Virus record (IMG/VR): IMGVR_UViG_3300050821_015552
Span: 15,811-79,810 of that record
Source: a virus
DNA length: 64,000 nt
Direction: 5' to 3' (one strand)
Positions 61,721 to 64,000 of the stretch are shown here, piece after piece. The notes beneath the pieces are model-generated. The model did no database searches, was not told the DNA's origin, and saw only the letters and a list, made by a program, of their open reading frames with translations. Every line of letters begins with the position of its first letter. Within the stretch, counting starts at the first letter, position 1. The translations under genes and the position numbers were made by a program.

Positions 61721-62072
61721 GCGCGCCCAGAAGCTCGCGCTCGCGCAGAAGCTTTTCGTCCGGGCCGGCTGCCCCACCGAGGCCGGCGACAAGGAAGCTG
61801 CGAGCGCCTACCGCAAGTACGTGAAACTCGCCGTCGAGCACGGGTTCAAGATCGACGAGGTGTGCGCCGGCATCGCCGCAGCCGGTGCGAACGCCAAGGC
61901 GTGGAGCATCGAGGACTTCATGCGAGCGGCCGACCGCGGCAAGGAGCTCATCGCGCTCGCGAAGATGGGCCTCGCGGATCCCGAGGTGCAGAAGACGGTG
62001 AGCGCGGTGCGCGACATCGGGTCGGGGATCGCCAGAGGATTCGCAGCGCTGAAAGCGCGGAGGGCGAAGTGA
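61710..62072 (+). CDS. Hypothetical protein (DUF2786-like N-terminus)
   Basis: QKL...A...EAASA...L...HG; GGAGG RBS. Confidence 0.55.
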   Translation: MATERAQKLALAQKLFVRAGCPTEAGDKEAASAYRKYVKLAVEHGFKIDEVCAGIAAAGANAKAWSIEDFMRAADRGKELIALAKMGLADPEVQKTVSAVRDIGSGIARGFAALKARRAK

Positions 62073-62314
62073 CGAAGACAGCCGGCAGCAGGAAGAGGCG
62101 CCGACCGCGCCCGCGGCAGATGACGACCGCTCAGAAGCGCCATCGCGCCGAGAGCCGCCGCTACTGGCAGTGGCAGGAGGCTTTCAAGCAGGCGGTCGAC
62201 ATGCTCATCAAGGCCAACGCGCCGACCGCGACGCTGGCGAAGCGCGCCGAGAAGCTCGCATCGGAGCTGGTGAAGATCGACGAGAAGCATCGGCCCAAGA
62301 GTTGGGACGAGTAA
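62069..62314 (+). CDS. Basic hypothetical protein
   Basis: Coupled ORF. Confidence 0.55.
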   Translation: MTKTAGSRKRRRPRPRQMTTAQKRHRAESRRYWQWQEAFKQAVDMLIKANAPTATLAKRAEKLASELVKIDEKHRPKSWDE

Positions 62315-62318
62315 GCCG

Positions 62319-62627
62319 GTGGCCCGCGACGTCGCCCTAGCCTTCTGCACCGTCTGCTGCCTCTACGCGATCGTCTGGCCGCGCATTCGGCGCACAGTCC
62401 GCGACGTGCGCCACGGAATCGCCATCGCCAGGATGCGCGCCTGCAGCCACCCGCGCATCGAGCGCGTCGACCTGGCAAGCGAGGAGGAGTACCCGACGGA
62501 GGGCGACCAGTGCACCGAGTGCCTGGCCTACCGGCTCATCGCGTGCGAGGAAGACGGCATCGAACGCAGGGAGCGAGAGTGGGTGCCGGAGTACAGGAAG
62601 CACAAGACGTGGAAGGCGCCGCCGTGA
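62319..62627 (+). CDS. Hypothetical protein, N-terminal TM, CxH...CxxC
   Basis: ORF. Confidence 0.55.
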   Translation: MARDVALAFCTVCCLYAIVWPRIRRTVRDVRHGIAIARMRACSHPRIERVDLASEEEYPTEGDQCTECLAYRLIACEEDGIERREREWVPEYRKHKTWKAPP

Positions 62628-62911
62628 AGGACCCGACCCACACCGAAGCCGTCCACCACATCGACCTCTGGTACCCGCGAACCGGCCCGCATACGCCGGA
62701 GGAGCCGACGAGCGTCCGCATCGGTCTGGTCGATGTGCGCGCCGCTGACGACATCGTCATCGACTACGATTTCGAGCGCGACGGCTACCGGATCCGGATG
62801 GCCACCATCCACGAATGGAGCGACGTCGAAGAAATGGAGAAAGTGGGCGAGGGGCTCGTCGAGGTGGCGTTCGTGCCGTCGTGGGTTGGCGATGCGGCGG
62901 AGCCGGCGTAG
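62624..62911 (+). CDS. Hypothetical protein
   Basis: GTGA coupling. Confidence 0.6.
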   Translation: MKDPTHTEAVHHIDLWYPRTGPHTPEEPTSVRIGLVDVRAADDIVIDYDFERDGYRIRMATIHEWSDVEEMEKVGEGLVEVAFVPSWVGDAAEPA

Positions 62912-62920
62912 CCTGAAGAC

Positions 62921-63622
62921 ATGACCCTCATCGCTCGCGCCATCCCTGCCGGCGATGCCGGCGTCGACACCATCGAGACGGTCACCCCGGCCATCGCCGC
63001 CGCCTGGAAGGCCGCCGGCAAGCGTTGGGTGCTCCGGTACGCGCTGGCGCTGACGGCCGCCGAGGTTGCGACCATCACGGGCGAAGGCCTCGGCCTCGCG
63101 CTGCTCTCCTACGGCCGCAAGAGTGACTTCTCGTCGGCGACGGGCGCGTCCGATGCGCAGGCCATCATCGCGCACCTGCGCAGCATCGGCGTGCCGCTCG
63201 GTGAGCAGCTCACGATCGGCGTGGACCTCGAAGACCCTGCCGGCGCCAAGGTCGCCGACGTCCTGGCGTACGAGTCGGGCTTCGCGGCCGTGATCGTCGC
63301 CACCGGCTGCACCTCGGGCGCGTACATCGGCGCGGGCCTGGGCATGACGAGCGCCGAGCTCTACTCGATGAAGGCCACCCGCTACTACAAGAGCGGCTCG
63401 CGCGTGGTGGACTTCGCGGGCGACGTCGCCGAGCCGCAGTGCGGCTGGACCCTGGTGCAGGGCCTGCCGTTCAATCAGCCGTGCGGCGGGACCAACGTCG
63501 ACTTCGACTGCGCCTTCGAGGATTTCAGGGGCAGATCATGGATCGGCCTGTACGAATCGAACGCGCTGGCGGCCATCGCGCTCAGCCCCGAGGCCGAGAG
63601 CATCCCGCCGCCTGCGGTGTAA
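62921..63622 (+). CDS. DUF1906 / GH25-like glycoside hydrolase (putative endolysin)
   Basis: GVDT, WVLRY, GVDLE, GAYIG, VDFD; TTGGCG-N17-TAGCCT-N6-ATG. Confidence 0.75.
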   Translation: MTLIARAIPAGDAGVDTIETVTPAIAAAWKAAGKRWVLRYALALTAAEVATITGEGLGLALLSYGRKSDFSSATGASDAQAIIAHLRSIGVPLGEQLTIGVDLEDPAGAKVADVLAYESGFAAVIVATGCTSGAYIGAGLGMTSAELYSMKATRYYKSGSRVVDFAGDVAEPQCGWTLVQGLPFNQPCGGTNVDFDCAFEDFRGRSWIGLYESNALAAIALSPEAESIPPPAV

Positions 63623-63632
63623 GCTCGGGGGC

Positions 63633-63851
63633 GTGCCGCCCTCCGACCCCAAGTTCCCGGCCAGCGAAGCGCCTACGGCGCCCGAGAGGGGAACTCGTTG
63701 CCCCAGATGCGATGGCGACGGAAGCCTGCTCGTCGACATCTCGGAGGACGACCGCCCCCGCATGGCGCGTCGGCTGTGCGGCGTGTGTCAGGGTCGGAAG
63801 TGGATCTCGAGGGAGGAGCTGGCGAGGTACGTGCTCAGCGTGAAGGGCTAG
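63633..63851 (+). CDS. Small Zn-finger protein (CxxCxGxG)
   Basis: CPRCDGDG...CGVCQG; TAAGCT-N7-GTG. Confidence 0.6.
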   Translation: MPPSDPKFPASEAPTAPERGTRCPRCDGDGSLLVDISEDDRPRMARRLCGVCQGRKWISREELARYVLSVKG

Positions 63852-64000
63852 GCTTCCGGAAGCCCCCGCACGTAGCTCTCCCGCCCAGGCGTCTCGAGGA
63901 ACCGAATACCGAGCGACCATCGACCCTGTCCAGCCGCTCTTTCGGTGCGTGACGGCTCGTCAGGATGTACTTGTGCCCCGTGTCGGCGCCGACGACGAGA

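Larger units (their letters stand above)
1..64000. mobile_element. Segment of a bacterial dsDNA virus / prophage, probably tailless and membrane-containing
   Basis: Phage-type replication genes, homing endonucleases, overlapping start/stop codons throughout, many small hypothetical ORFs, lysis-type enzymes, no host core genes. Confidence 0.9.

Noticed and set aside
1-64000. CRISPR array, tRNA, rRNA
   Set aside because: No regularly spaced repeats or recognisable structural RNA; intergenic gaps are almost all under 130 nt

Overview
High-GC, gene-dense 64-kb segment of a bacterial virus or plasmid-like prophage. No host housekeeping genes, tRNAs, rRNAs or CRISPR arrays were seen. DAG-linker lipoproteins and SxPP/TxPPP-rich small proteins hint at a myxobacterial (Polyangiales-like) host (inference). 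Layout: (1) 1-8 kb replication module: PD-(D/E)xK nuclease, SF2 helicase, probable SSB, a family A DNA polymerase split in two by a free-standing HNH gene, and a Dam-like methylase. (2) 8-12.7 kb small early genes, including an RNAP alpha-CTD-like protein. (3) 12.8-43 kb morphogenesis-like region with no recognisable terminase, portal, HK97 capsid or tail genes. It holds more than 20 membrane-anchored proteins, TM-anchored peptidoglycan hydrolases, a lipoprotein beta-helix spike, a Cre-like recombinase, a transglutaminase-fold enzyme, an Arg/Lys-rich DNA-condensing membrane protein and two adjacent jelly-roll-like capsid candidates. This suggests a large tailless, membrane-containing virus. 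(4) 43-57 kb glycosylation island: about 7 GTs plus one more at 25.9 kb, two SAM methylases, a B12 radical SAM enzyme, an epimerase and gmd. (5) 57-64 kb regulators, a lysis-like cassette and a DUF1906-like hydrolase. The most striking pattern is a shared (YxxAI)-hydrophobic-GAG motif near the termini or domain junctions of about 12 putative virion proteins, including the large capsid candidate and the transglutaminase-like enzyme itself. This may be a virion maturation or sorting system. Most transcription units appear leaderless. All family calls come from motif recognition by eye; no searches were run, and no packaging ATPase was found in the window.
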